NCBI GenBank assembly: GCA_013115125.1
Contig: JABANN010000135.1
Location: forward strand, 1 to 63,658
Reading direction: 5' to 3'
From: Perkinsus olseni
Lineage: Eukaryota
Length of the DNA: 63,658 nt
Each line of letters begins with the position of its first letter. Within the stretch, counting starts at the first letter, position 1. Shown here piece after piece: positions 1 through 12,459 of the stretch. The notes below the pieces were generated by a model, which was not told the DNA's origin, searched no databases, and was given only the letters and a program-made list of their open reading frames with translations. Made by a program: the position numbers and the translations under genes.

Positions 1-685
1 CTTTATTAAATTGCTCTGGGGATTTACTAATTTGGTCTAGGGTTTTACTAAGTAGGTCTGGAAATGGTGTAGAACGTAGGTCCTTATGCTTCACAGGACA
101 TAACCCTTCAATTTTCGAGGCCTAACTCTTCGTACTGCGTGTGAACTCGAGAAGCAGTAGGAAATTTCCTCCTCAAATTCTCAGCACACAAGGTTAAAAA
201 TCGCTCCTGAAAATACCAACTTTTACTGGGAAGGTACATGTAGGAATTCGCACCTAATCTATTGCGATACATCAATGGAACGGGGGGCTCTCAGAAAGCT
301 ATGCCCTCATGTATCAACCCCCTCCGAGGCGCAAGTCTGCTAGGGCGCCTTGAGCTCGGAGGAATCTCTGAATGACGGCTTTTACACCTTCGCTCAGCGC
401 GCTTCCGTGTTGATCAGCTGTGCTGGTCAGCTTTGACTGGATGCCTCCGAATACGGGCTGCCGTTGACGCTCAATAGTTATGCGCCTCCACAACCACATC
501 ATGAGGGGGCTACGCGAAGGTTCCTAGAGCAAACCAGAGAAGGTGCAGTACTGCAGAACTTGAACGCAACTTCCGATGTCTCATACCACAACATTGACAC
601 GAGACTCACCTCCCGCGTGCGACTAAAGCTTGCCTCCTCATATTCATATTAAATCAGGTTTTCGGTGCGCCCAGCTTGAATCTGG

Positions 686-1870
686 TTACCTTAGCGGTTG
701 CGAGGCCCCAGCGGTGTGCCCCGAGCTGCCTTCGTGTGGCCAAAAGTAAATTCTAGAGTTCTGCAGATCAAACTTCACATCATATGCCCGGAAGAGAGGA
801 CGCCCGGTCACAGCAGTTTTTTTCCTCTGACGGCGGAGGTCCATAACGCAAGTACCCGACCGACAGGAGTGGATATAGTGCTCGGGCTTTATTCGAATAT
901 CCACCATATGAGGGGCCTCCCCAATATCGAACGCTAGTGTGGGTAAGTAGGGTACCGCTTCCTTCTTCACCAGATTCACGGACCTTATGGGATCCTCTCG
1001 TATGGGTTCATCTGTCTTGATTCCACGTCTGTGCATTGAGGTCGTGGTTGATTTTACAATCATCTCGAACTCCATAGAAGATATACGAAGTGACCGGGTC
1101 CCAGAATCTAGGAGAGAGGGTACGGGAGCATGCCGCGGGATAGTGTCACCAGTGCTGGTGCGCAGTATCGACAGATTTCCAAGAAAGCCAAACAACCTGA
1201 GCGGCCATAGTGGGACAGCTATCGTCTCACCGAAGTACTCTGGGTGCCTGCTGAAGGATACGTATGGGGCTCTTCTCGGTCGTGAGTCGCCCAATGTCAG
1301 AGTTCCCGAGATGAAACGCCCACGGCCGTTCGTTCGAATAGAATATGAGAGTTCGGAGATGACACCCCTCTCCTTAAGCTGCTCCAAGAAGGTTTCAGGT
1401 AAACCTCTAAGACCGACGGAGAGTCCCAAGTTTCCAAATACCTTATCAGTTTTTCCGGAGGTATAATTGTATCCGATGACGAGACCAAATCCGAAATCTA
1501 GTGCAGTTTTGTTCTCCCCAAGACCGAGCGTTACTCTATGCCACACATATCTGAAGACCTCGCCACCGCTGAACAGCACTCTTCTTCTGCGCCTTGAGAA
1601 GATATCTTCGCACGGGTTATGTTCGGGACAGAAGTAGCATCCCGTGGTGAGGTTTCTGCAGCTTCCAAATCCGTACAATCGCTCGTACCACGGACCGTAA
1701 ATGGCCAAACTTGCAGTGCTGCCGGAGTCAACGATCAAGTTTACGGTCTGGTTATCAAGTTTCAAGGGGACGTATGATTTGGTGAGTGGAAGTGCAATCG
1801 GCTCCCCATGGACCGAGGCAGCGAGTAAAGCCACATGAGCTGCGGTAGAGAAGATGGATATTACCAACAT
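686..1870 (-). CDS. Secreted pepsin-like (A1) aspartic protease, intronless
   Basis: 394-aa ORF with a hydrophobic signal peptide, two catalytic motifs (LIVDSGS, LLDSGT), a GNLGLS motif and the pepsin-type C-terminal GRPLFRAYDVKFDLQNSRIYF. Confidence 0.92.
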   Translation of the reverse strand: MLVISIFSTAAHVALLAASVHGEPIALPLTKSYVPLKLDNQTVNLIVDSGSTASLAIYGPWYERLYGFGSCRNLTTGCYFCPEHNPCEDIFSRRRRRVLFSGGEVFRYVWHRVTLGLGENKTALDFGFGLVIGYNYTSGKTDKVFGNLGLSVGLRGLPETFLEQLKERGVISELSYSIRTNGRGRFISGTLTLGDSRPRRAPYVSFSRHPEYFGETIAVPLWPLRLFGFLGNLSILRTSTGDTIPRHAPVPSLLDSGTRSLRISSMEFEMIVKSTTTSMHRRGIKTDEPIREDPIRSVNLVKKEAVPYLPTLAFDIGEAPHMVDIRIKPEHYIHSCRSGTCVMDLRRQRKKTAVTGRPLFRAYDVKFDLQNSRIYFWPHEGSSGHTAGASQPLR

Positions 1871-2353
1871 TCACTGTGCAAAACGAACACCTGCGGATGA
1901 GTGTACCGGAGCTCATATTAACCTCACGAAGTAACCTCACAACTCTAAAAACCTCGGTGGTTATCGCGTAAATCTCATCTAATATTTCAATCAAAACCTC
2001 TCAGATGGATCTCCGCGAGGGTAGCTGAGTCCTCCGAGCCATTTGAGGTTGGAGTTCCGACAAATGTACGGCAATGGAACACCGCTCGAGCGTGTGGCCG
2101 TGTCTCGTCGAGACTGCGCGCGCCCTTGCAGGATCATGGTTCTATATACCGATCGGAAGCTGCACTAGCTGGCGGTTCATCAACCCAGGCTCGCCTTGAA
2201 CCCTCCAACCAGTCTCTCACATTTGACCTCATAGGACGAAGCATTCATGAATACAGCATTGAAAAATTCGGGTATTCGATCGTGATTTGATTGCCTTTAA
2301 GATGGTGTATGGATGATGGTCGTACCACTCCGGAAGTCCACTCACGGGAAATT

Positions 2354-2362
2354 ACAACAACA

Positions 2363-2418
<56 letters not shown>

Positions 2419-2420
2419 AA
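2354..2420. repeat. (ACT)n/(ACA)n trinucleotide microsatellite
   Basis: About 20 tandem ACT/ACA units are visible; they explain the spurious poly-T and poly-V ORFs. Confidence 0.95.
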
Positions 2421-2767
2421 CGTGGCGTAAGTTTGGCAGCCTCCTCCTACGCATGCCTGTAGTAGGGGCCAAGATAGTGCTAGTACGACTACGGAGGGGG
2501 CGTTCGTCGTGATCGATTCTTCGTGATCAACACTGAAGAACACAAGGCGCCCGAATGATGAGTTCTGGTACGACGACACGAAAGCCTGGACGTCCGGCGT
2601 GGAAGTCAGCCCTGATAATAGTCAAATAGAAGAGGTGTCACGAAAGAGGCGTCGAGTTGCAAGGGTGCAGTGGCACACAGCAACTTATAGATCCCCTCGG
2701 TAACTCCATCGGGTATGCAGAAACCTTCACCAATCGTAGAACGATGCTGAGAGGGGTATAATCCGTA

Positions 2768-3933
2768 TCACTCGCCATCGTCACAGGGGCCGGTCGCGGA
2801 AGGGGATGGATTGCTTACCGTTCCGTTGAGACTTCGTCCTTCCCTATCGACGAGATCATTGCTCTCCAACCAGCGGACACTCCTCTCACTGTGAATACCA
2901 AATATTAAGCAGTGATTCCACATTCCGCCGCCCGAGTCCATCCTCTCGACCGAAGGAAGATTTGTGCGGAAATGATTTACTTGCAGTTTCCTGACGTACA
3001 AACCGCATACGTACTACGGTCCTGTGCGGTCAATACGCCAGCGCCTAAACGCCTCGCCTCACCTCCCGTCGGCGTCCACCAGATCACCGTTGATCATAGC
3101 CTGCACTGCTTCAGTGGTGAGATATCTGACCCGATAATGCGCAAGAGTTTTAATACCGAGCCAATAACACTCACGGCCAGTTCTCCCAGCTCCCTACGAT
3201 TGGCGCCGAAACGTCTCCTACTGAGACCACGAGCGATACTGGCGAGTCACCGACGTCTGAAGGTAGGCGAAGTCTTCGGGCAGCATCCTCGAGAGATTGT
3301 TTGGTGACCACGGCATCTTCGGGAGAACCTGGGGAGCATCCACTTGGCTGGCATCAAGAGTCGCGCTTATAGCACCCGCAGGATAGGTATCCCCAGAGTC
3401 ACCCAGCCGCGTCACCGACGGTCTCACTAAGACTGCCGTCTCGAGAGTTCCGTGGGGCAAACAGTCGAAAACCTGAACTCATGACAGATTCTAGCTCGTC
3501 TGGAATTGCCGTAAGCCTCACTCCAATTTTGCGTGGCCTCCCTGCGACTCCACGGATGAAGGGCTCGAAGGGCGTCCCAGAGAGGCAATGCGCCACGGTT
3601 TCGACATGGGGGAAGCCGTTACAATGGATGCTGCAGCTGAGACGCACCTGCAAACCAGTCGGGTGCGGTGAGTACAGATGACATCCTCACCCCAGAGCAT
3701 CCAGTCAAGCGCCTGCCGCTAGCCTCCCCGGTCGTTGATATTCGGTATTCCTCGACCACGGCTGCATGTGGTGATCCGAATGTTTGAAGCTGCTCGCCGG
3801 CAGCCGTGACGTTACAACCGTCTGGGGGCACTAGGGCTGTGATGAAGCCCATAGAGTTGATAAATCCAAGTGAAGTCGCGGGATTGACTTTCCAGCACTC
3901 GAGAAGGGGCTCGGTGGGGGAACTCGCTATCAC
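2768..3933 (-). pseudogene. Stop-interrupted, intron-free coding relic of unknown family (possibly TE-derived)
   Basis: ORFs 3218..3460 and 2768..3001 are in the same frame, separated by a few stops. Protein-like ORFs in shifted frames lie upstream (3399..3653, 3619..3933). No diagnostic motif recognised. Confidence 0.3.
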
Positions 3934-4558
3934 TGCCTGTTACAGAGAAGCTTAGCTCGCTGTCTGATAGGCATTCCAACTCGTCAGGGTGTTCCAGCTC
4001 AACTCAACACGACGACAATGATGATCATTCGAGGGTGTATAATAAAAAACAAGAACGCTTAAAAAGTGCTGTAACAGCAGCTACCAATAAATGGAATCTA
4101 TGAACTTTTCTTCTTGTCTTGTGCTGCCTCTGTCGACTTGCCGAAATCTTCTGCCTTCTTGATCTCGTCTCCCAACTCAAGTAAGCCGTCGCTTGGAGAC
4201 TCAGCGATAGCATCGGCAATGGTATCTTAGAAGCAACAATAGACAACATCACCACACACTGATCACCGCGTACCCGTCAGATCCGCTTTGGGTGCAGCTA
4301 TCTCGCGGTTTCCGGTGAGTTGCCCCAGCGTTTGTCTGAGATTGCCTGCGAACCCAGCCTTGGAGAGCTCGGCGAAGTCACGCTGCTTAAATTGGTCGAA
4401 TGTGAGGCTGTCCATATGAAAGAAAATAATCTGCCGAAAATCGTATTACCGGAGGCTTCACACGGACCTTCAACACAACAAGGGCTAAGTGGCACCGCGG
4501 GCTAAAATCTCTCATAAAGTTGTAAAACATGCAACATGGAATTGGAGGTTGAGTTGAA

Positions 4559-5452
4559 TCAGCGAGGGTTAGTCGATCTGTTGAATGGGTTATTACGGAA
4601 GAAGGTTACGTACCTGCACACCGACTCAACCAGCGACTGGAGAAGATGTACCCTCCCCTTACTCGTCGACATACTCCGTCACATCACACGTATTCTTGCT
4701 ATATCGCCATCTTGACGGATTCAATGTCGCCATATGACCAACACTGAAATAGAATGATAGCAACGACTCCCACAACCAAAGCTACACATTCTTACGTGCT
4801 CTCGGGCAAATCCTCGGCTGCCTTAGCCGTGGGAATGAGAACGCTTCCCTGCGTAGAGCAGTCCGTCTTCTTACAGTCTGCAGCTTGGAGGCACCCACTA
4901 CGTTTGAGCTGAAGTGATCTGAGTAGTCCAGGTCACAGCACCAACATGTCGGGGCCAGGCGTTGATACCTCACACCCAGCAGCCAGCCTATCTCCTGCTG
5001 GCTCGTCTCAGGGGCCGCCAGTCGTTCAGCAGGCACCTTGGCTCTGTGCCTCATAACTTGAATTTCATAGGAACTGTCATCTACCTTAGTCGCTCGTAAC
5101 TGAGCGGGATGCGATCTCGGCTTCGACGTTGAGGGCGAACTCTGACTCGTTGGTCCGGTGACTGGACTTGGACCTTATCGGTAACTGTGGTGACTGTCGG
5201 CGGTAATGGTCGAGTGTGATTCATCTGGAAGTGGAGGTACGGCCGACTGCACCTACGGGGAGTCGAAACATTCTGCACAACCCCCCGATGGTTGACTAGC
5301 TTGACCGACGACGACGACGACGACGACGAGAGGATGTATCTTTGTGTCGCCTCGGACCTGATCTCTTTTTCGATCATCTCAGTCCATATCCGTTCTTGTC
5401 GCACTCGAGCTTTCTGGTTATAGAAGGATTCGGCCTCACTCCTTCCAGACAT
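4559..5452 (-). CDS. FAM183/CFAP144-like small axonemal protein (multi-exon)
   Basis: Spliced reading MSGRSEAESF...IWTEMIEKEIRSE...KVPAERLAAPETSQQEIGW...RWRYSKNTCDVTEYVDE|YVTFFRNNPFNRSTNPR*. PxTxxQEIGW is typical of the family. Confidence 0.65.
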
Positions 5453-5979
5453 CTCTGTGACCGGGAAGAGAACGGAACTTGTTGCGCAAGTCAGCGGAGC
5501 ATCGATCCGAGAAGCGTCACTGCGCCACGAAATTATTGACTTTCCGAAAAGTGCGCAGCTCCGTTGGTGGGAGTTCCATCGTCCAATCATGGGTTTATTT
5601 TCAGTTTTACAAAGCGTCTTATCACATGCCTGTGTATATAGTCATACCACTCCATCCGTAACATGTGTTTCACTTCTGAGCAGTGGTATCTTGGGATAAC
5701 TTTTGACGATATCTTCAACAAATTTAAACGCAAGTAATGCCGGGTTCCGTGAAGGTTCTGTTCTGGGCAACTTCGGACCGATGGTCGCATGTCTGAGAAC
5801 CCATCTTGAGTGAGGGTGGAGGCTGTGCGAAGATGCACAACAACGTCGGAAAGCTACAATTTTTGTCCCTTTACGGTCTGCGGGTCTGTAGGATCGATTC
5901 GCCCGGCTTGTAGTGTTAGTATTTGTACTTGTAGTAGTGGTAGTAGTAGGATTGAGGAATGCGGCTATCGGGTAGACTA

Positions 5980-7400
5980 TGGACATTATGAATGGCAGCC
6001 TCTTTACTATGTAGTCCACATCCTCGCACCGATCGTCACGACAAGGAAGCTAAGAGAGGCTCCAGCAGTGGCAAAGGTAGTACGTCGGGTGGCGAGAGTG
6101 TAGCTTACTGCTCGCTCAGTATCCTTGAGTGTGACTGAGGGATGAACATTATGGTGGGGCTAGTTTCGCGCCAGAAACGGCTCACTGAAACCGATCTGGT
6201 GGGTCGAGGCTACGCTTACTAGCTCGATTAGTGCCTTCAGGTCCAACACTGTTGGGAAGGCTGCTCTGTTGTGGCGGGGCTGCAAAAGAGGAGGAAGAGG
6301 AGGACAGGATAGACTACAACGATAGCTGTAGTAGCTGGGCAAGTACCTCGGTGTCAAGCCGTTATGGTGGTTGGGTAGGTGCCGGTGCGGACGAGCGAAG
6401 CGACACGTCGACTGCGACCAGAAGGTCCGGATATTCGAGGTAGTGCGGGACGCCATTAGATGCGTCGTATCTGGCTAACTAATTCAGCAGACACTCGCAA
6501 GATGGTCGGCCGGCTGTTGGTGACGAAGGAGTCAGACGCCGGGCTATCACAGAGAGTAATACAGAGCCGACTGGGAGAGGGATTATTGGAGGCTTGTCAG
6601 GTCCATCATCAGCCCGAGGCATGAGAGATGTTAACATTGAAAGGGAGCGCTCGCCTTACCCTCATTACCATGGCCCGGCCGCCACCAGGCCCGATTCTCC
6701 GTTGCAGCGGAGGGGTTACCCAGGCCGCGCGACCAGCACCGATGTGTTGTCGGGCCTCTCGGAAGAGTCGTCAGCGTCGGGCTCATCTTCAGAGACTCTA
6801 GCAGCGAAGACTATTGGTAGACGGATGCTGTACGGACGTGATAGGTGGCGCCATGATCTACCCCCATGGTTCTATTCTGATATTGAGAAGCAGCAGGCTA
6901 GGTCTAGTGCTACGCCCTCATCATCGCGATTGCATCATCACGATGGTCAGCCTTCCCTGCGTGGTCGTGGTGACACCGCAGATTTGCGGACATACTCGAG
7001 GATCTATGACGATCCCTCATTCTACAGAAACCACGGCCACGGTAGCCGCCGAGCCGATTCGACCATTGGTCAGCAGCCTGACTTGCGACCGTACAGGAGT
7101 AGCATGTTCTACGACGAGGCCGCGGCCCCAGAGGTTGCTGCTACCACACCTCGGGTAGATTTAAGGCGCTACAGTAGTGCTCGCAGCCCGAGTGCTTCCG
7201 GACTAGACCTGTCTACGACACCCAAGGACGAGGGATTGGTCGGAGAGACCGGCACTCTAAAGTCATCTCAGGTAAGTTACCTCAACATCGTTCAGCGTGA
7301 CAACACCGGCGCGTTCCTTTCAGTCTTATCGACAACAGCAGCAGCAGCAGTAGAGTGGTTCGCTAGTCTAAGTTCTTTGGCATATCATCGGCGGACCCGG
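5980..7400 (+). CDS. Hypothetical low-complexity Ser/Arg-rich protein (multi-exon, limits approximate)
   Basis: Long open frame 6594-7270 with repeated DLRxYS-like motifs and GT-AG flanks. No family recognised. Confidence 0.4.
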
Positions 7401-7589
7401 TCCACTAGACCTCGTGTCGACCCTCGCCATCGCCGGATATCAATTTCATTAACATCATCTTTAAATCTTGGTCACTCGTATGAGTTGCAAGTTTCATCGA
7501 TGAGCGTTGGTATTGTGTTTGCAGTAGAAGCCCGAAGGACTGTCCGTTCTCTTCTTGAATGCCGGTTTCCGTCTAGTTGGCAAAATAAA

Positions 7590-9400
7590 ATGGGTATATG
7601 CTTCAGTAGTGAGCCAGCATCACCCCCGAAACCACCGGAGCCCCCCGAGAAGCATCATCACCATCACCATAAACATCACACCCCCACGGATGCACAGGGC
7701 AAAGCAACGGCGAAGCAGCAACAGCAGCAGCAGGCGGGGTAGCAGGGCCTGGCGGAATGTAGGGTACCGTATCATCTATTCAGGGCTGCAACCAAGGCTG
7801 CAAAACCAGTGGCTGCGGCCGAGAGTCATCCCGCCGACCATGCAGCGGGTGGCGGCGGTGTTGCTGATCAGAAGCAGTCGTCAATGGCCGCGGTCGCCGC
7901 TACACGGGTATCACCATCGCCATCCGATAAGGGACAGCACTCAGGGAGGGTGTCTTTGACCGCTAAAGACTCGTTGGCGCTCAGCGCAGACGACGATGAT
8001 GATAACGAGCGTGTGCCTGTGCCGGCTAAGCCGCGGGGTACATCAATTAGTTAATACGGGCCTGGCGGACTGAGCTCGATCAGATTCCTTCACCAGTGAT
8101 TCTGAAGCTGAGTCCAAAGCTTGGGCGGAGCATGAGGCCCGCCGAGAGAGGCTGGAGCAGCGACGAAGGGATAGAGAAGCGAGGGAAGAACAGCGAAGGA
8201 AAAATATAGAAGGTAGCCCTTGCCTTCGACGACGGCTGTGTAGGGTACGCTCGTGCTTCTTCAGCGCTGAACGCTGCTTCCAACTACACCGCCATGGACG
8301 GCGCAACGCAGAGGTGAAACTGCTATACGGTCATCCTCCGGTCTGATATGCTTGCGTGTCCAGGCACGCTCCACCTCTACCCGGTGGCGATTTTACTCCC
8401 CGCGCAGGAAGTGGACTCAATCGCCAGTCGAGTGCTCTGTCGCTGTATGCGGATCGGCTCACTTCGTCACGCCGATATCAAGCCAGTCCTCGAGCGTCAC
8501 TCTACGCCTATCAGCTGAGCCCTAGGGCGGCGGCTGGTGGCCTGTCCCCTGCCCCCAATACCGGTCGTGTCGGACGGTACGCGCCCATCTACCAGCCAGT
8601 CCTACGGTCCACTCAATCTGCGTACACTACCACCCCTCGGGGGGCAGCTGGTGGTATCTCGGCAGCCGCCGTACCGCTTAGTCGTGAACGCAGCGCGTAC
8701 AATACGCCTTTGTCGGCACGGACCACCGTAGCTGCGACACCAGAACTTGGAGGGTAAGCTCATACACGCTGCCACAAGGGGGCTCATCGTCGTCTGCCAG
8801 ATCGGTCCTCGGCCCTTCGTCGAGCCGAGAGGTTACTCCCCGCAGAGGTGGTCCTGAGGATCCTCTCGCCGCCCCCATAGCTCCACTCACTCGACAAACA
8901 AGCGTGGAGGTTCCTACCACTACCAGCGACCTGACTGCACAGCGAGCTGCACCTTCTTTACCACTAGAAGGTCTATCACGCCAGACAAGTGCCCAAGTCC
9001 CTAGGAATCTAACGGCAACGGACCCAGCCGTGGGTGATGACGAGGAGAGAGCGAGCATCAGCAGGTGAGGGTGACGTCATTGACCTCGGAGAGGCCCATC
9101 ACTCCTCTCAGTGGGGACACCAGCCTCTCCTCGAGTTTTATCGGTCTTGATAGTGTCACCAAGACCCCGGTTGCTGAGCGTTCACCTCTCGGCCATGGTC
9201 CAGCCTCTCCGAAGAGGTAGGTTCTGGCGTAACTGGTGGGGCTGTTGCCACCCTCGCAGTGTTGCTGCTACTGGTTTGTGTTTTTCCATTGTGTACAGCA
9301 TCAGTGAGTTTCTACAACTATTCGAAATAGCTCGCGTTGTGCCACAGTTCTATCGGGTTTGATGACGTAGACTATACTGGAGGGCTCCAGCTGTCCAGGC
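7590..9400 (+). CDS. Disordered protein with N-terminal myristoylation/palmitoylation signal (multi-exon, 3' limit approximate)
   Basis: Starts MGICFSS (MGxCxS dual-acylation consensus), followed by Pro/His/Gln-rich and TPR/SPR-rich exons separated by short introns. Confidence 0.55.
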
Positions 9401-10664
9401 TGGGGGTTGTAGTCCCGTGACTTGCTTTCAGTCCCAGGCGAGAGCTGCCGCCTCTGTCGCCATCGACTCAAGGCTTTCGATCGGATACTCATCGATCCTT
9501 CACTCCCCGCGCAGCCATCACTCCTCGTGCGGAACTAGGCGGTGGCCTGGCAGCAGCCGTTAATAAGGTGCGCCTTGCGTCACTCTCACTTACGCGAAGA
9601 CGAGTCGCCTCCCCACTTTCAGAAAGATTGGAGTGGCATTGATAACCTTTTCAATCAACGCAGTTGATCGGCTCCTCTGGAGAGTTGACATCGTCGCCTC
9701 TCATCATCTCTTTTCGCGAGGGATATCACATTTTGTTCACGACGATAGGAAGTCGCTCATCGGCTACTTCTTGTTGACTTCGTGTGGACCATTTGTTTCT
9801 GACTGCCTTATTTTGAGGTGCTACTGTCCTCCTGTTCTCCCCATCTCGATGACGGTTTGACTTGAGTAAGCAACGCTTGTACAGGATATAAGCGGAAGCC
9901 CGTGTAAGCATGTGCGCTGCAACCTCGGAGGGTGACCATGGTGATGAGGGATGGGCTAGTTCCCAGTCGACAATGCATGAGTCCTGTCGATGGATCAACT
10001 TCATCCTACGCAGTTTTTTCATGTCAACTATTCATCACGCGGCATTCACGTTACACTGGCCATTGACTACCACGAGCTCATTTAAGCGTACCTATAACCT
10101 GAACCCCAATGAAAATGTAGAGGGTCTGATCACGTGGCCGAAGAGAGTTGCCACCATCACTGAGTGGACCCATGCCAGACAACTTGTGCAACACAAAATC
10201 ACGTGAAAGTTTGTGACCTTCAATAAGGGCAATGTTGCCAATAACTTATATCGGTCAAACCGATTGTGCCCTCATCTTGTTGCTGAGAAAATGGGATGCT
10301 CGAGATACCGCATATCTTTCGGATGTACGGAAAGGGCACGCTAGGAAAGCGTAGTGTTGAAAAATTATACTTCATCGTCGTTGTTAGGCCTTCTGAACTA
10401 CAGACTGGCAGTGGGGGATCGGGAGATAATCCCTTCCAACCAGCAATTCCATTAATAACGATGCATCAGGAAAGTTACGGGATGACACCGGCCCTCGTAT
10501 CAGAAATGGCAGGTAAACCGCATGCGACCGATGCGTCTAAGAGATGAGAAGCGACGAGAATAGTGTGGTCATGAATGAAAAAAGCCGCTGTTTACCCGGT
10601 CACGCAAGAAAAGAGCCGACAACAGCAGCACTGACCAAACCCTCAACGATACTGCGCATGGGCA

Positions 10665-11909
10665 TCATATCACAGGCTCCCGATGATCATACCAAAACTG
10701 CATAGGAGTATAGTTTCGTGACACCATGTGAGCCACACGAGGTCCACCAAGCTCAAGGTGGACGGAGTTCTGAGTACTCTCCTCAAAGATCACTTGCCCG
10801 AGATCGGTTGCCTGCACATTCATGTCGGGGCACACTTGCCTAACCTGGTCGAGAAAGTGATCCACGGTGGCGCGGCCGGACCACTCGAGGGTATAGTAAA
10901 CGTACGGATTACCGTATCTCCGAAGCAAGAAGATCTCGAAGGAGGTTCGACGCTCGTCACACCTAACCTGTAAGAATACAGGTCCATGATCGTGCACCTC
11001 GAAAGTGATATTAGTGGACGGAGGTCCAGGAACAATCGCTTCGAATACACCTGGGATGAGGTCGAACCCGGACGTGAACAACTCGTGCCAAACTCCTAAG
11101 AGCTTAACGAAGATAATATCGTTATTATCCTTGGTGTAGACTAGGTCCATGAGGTCACCTCTTTGAAACCGACCATCTGCCTCAGGCCAAATTCTGACGG
11201 TATTCTCATACCAATGCTTAACATCTCCGCCGGCAACGGCCTCGAAATCGATAGGGTAAACGTCATTAGCACAGTGCCTCAACTTGTAGGGTCCGTCAGT
11301 GAGGAGGGGCTGATTGATCACTCCGAAGCGGAAAGTCACAGAATATCCGTCGGACTCATCGTAGGACACATCGAAGTGCATGACCATATTTTGCGGGGAA
11401 GGAAGGGCGTACTTTCCGGCAACCAGGGACGAAATCCCAGGATCCCTCTTGGGCACATCCGAATCGGGCTTGGAGTCGTTTCTATACATCTCGTACAGCT
11501 CCCCTGCGATGTTCATGTATATCTCGTCGAGAGAACTGTCGTAACCTATATTGGTCATTTCACCTTCTTGAATAAAGCCCTCAGCCTCCGGGAAAAATCT
11601 GATTACGTTCTCATACCAAACACTCACATTACCCCCGCCGGCCTCGAAGTCGATGGTGTAATTGTGAGCATTGCGTCTCAACCGGTAGGGCCCATCAGTG
11701 AAGATCGGCTGGTTAGCCTTTCCGAAACCAAAGTTCATAAGATACCCCTCGCACACATCGTAGACCACATCCACGTATAGAATGAGAATTCCCGAGCGGG
11801 GGGCGACGTATCTAGCATCTATAGGTGAAGGTAGGCTGTCGCTCTGCGGCTGAGAGATCACACAGGTCAGAGCCTGAGCGGCTATCAACCAGATTCGGGT
11901 GAGATTCAT
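10665..11909 (-). CDS. Secreted protein with internally duplicated domain, intronless, lineage-specific family
   Basis: 414-aa ORF with signal peptide and two copies of FG..NQP..TDGPY.LR...Y.IDFEA..G.V..WYEN..R..PEA.G..Q.G. Confidence 0.85.
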   Translation of the reverse strand: MNLTRIWLIAAQALTCVISQPQSDSLPSPIDARYVAPRSGILILYVDVVYDVCEGYLMNFGFGKANQPIFTDGPYRLRRNAHNYTIDFEAGGGNVSVWYENVIRFFPEAEGFIQEGEMTNIGYDSSLDEIYMNIAGELYEMYRNDSKPDSDVPKRDPGISSLVAGKYALPSPQNMVMHFDVSYDESDGYSVTFRFGVINQPLLTDGPYKLRHCANDVYPIDFEAVAGGDVKHWYENTVRIWPEADGRFQRGDLMDLVYTKDNNDIIFVKLLGVWHELFTSGFDLIPGVFEAIVPGPPSTNITFEVHDHGPVFLQVRCDERRTSFEIFLLRRYGNPYVYYTLEWSGRATVDHFLDQVRQVCPDMNVQATDLGQVIFEESTQNSVHLELGGPRVAHMVSRNYTPMQFWYDHREPVI

Positions 11910-12459
11910 CTTCGAGTGGGGCTGTCAAACAAAAGCGAAGAACTCTGGAGTTGGATAGGGTCCGTGTGACGCTAGATGCCGATGCAAGCCGCAAGAAGGA
12001 ACCATCTCCCCGACATGGCCTACTTCCTACTATGAAACAATCGATCACGCTATGCCGTACAGGTCAGCTCGCACGCATGGACGTAGCGCCACTCCTTACC
12101 AATGACACCCGAGGTGGTTGACACAGGTGAGGGAGTGGTATACAAAAAACAAAGATAATACCACCTCGAACGCAACACTCACAGTCAGTGCCGTGTTACA
12201 CTGTAACAGTTACAGTGAGATACTTACTATATTGACACGAGAGAGAGGGCATCCATCGAGAGCAACGGGAGACAGCAATAGAGACAACTCACGTATCGTA
12301 CCAAAAAACGGTCAGTTCAGTAGACTCTGCAGGAATCGCTCCAATCATGCATCCGATTCTGATTCTAGGATGCAGAGAGTCTTCCCGCTATCGACTTTCA
12401 GACTGAGAACTGCACTCGGAAATACTTCGGAACACAATCCAGACTCTGGATGCCAGAGT

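Noticed and set aside
1-197. AT-rich stretch ending ...CACACAAGGTTAA, like a piggyBac end with TTAA
   Set aside because: Only a short motif, with no partner TIR or transposase in the window.
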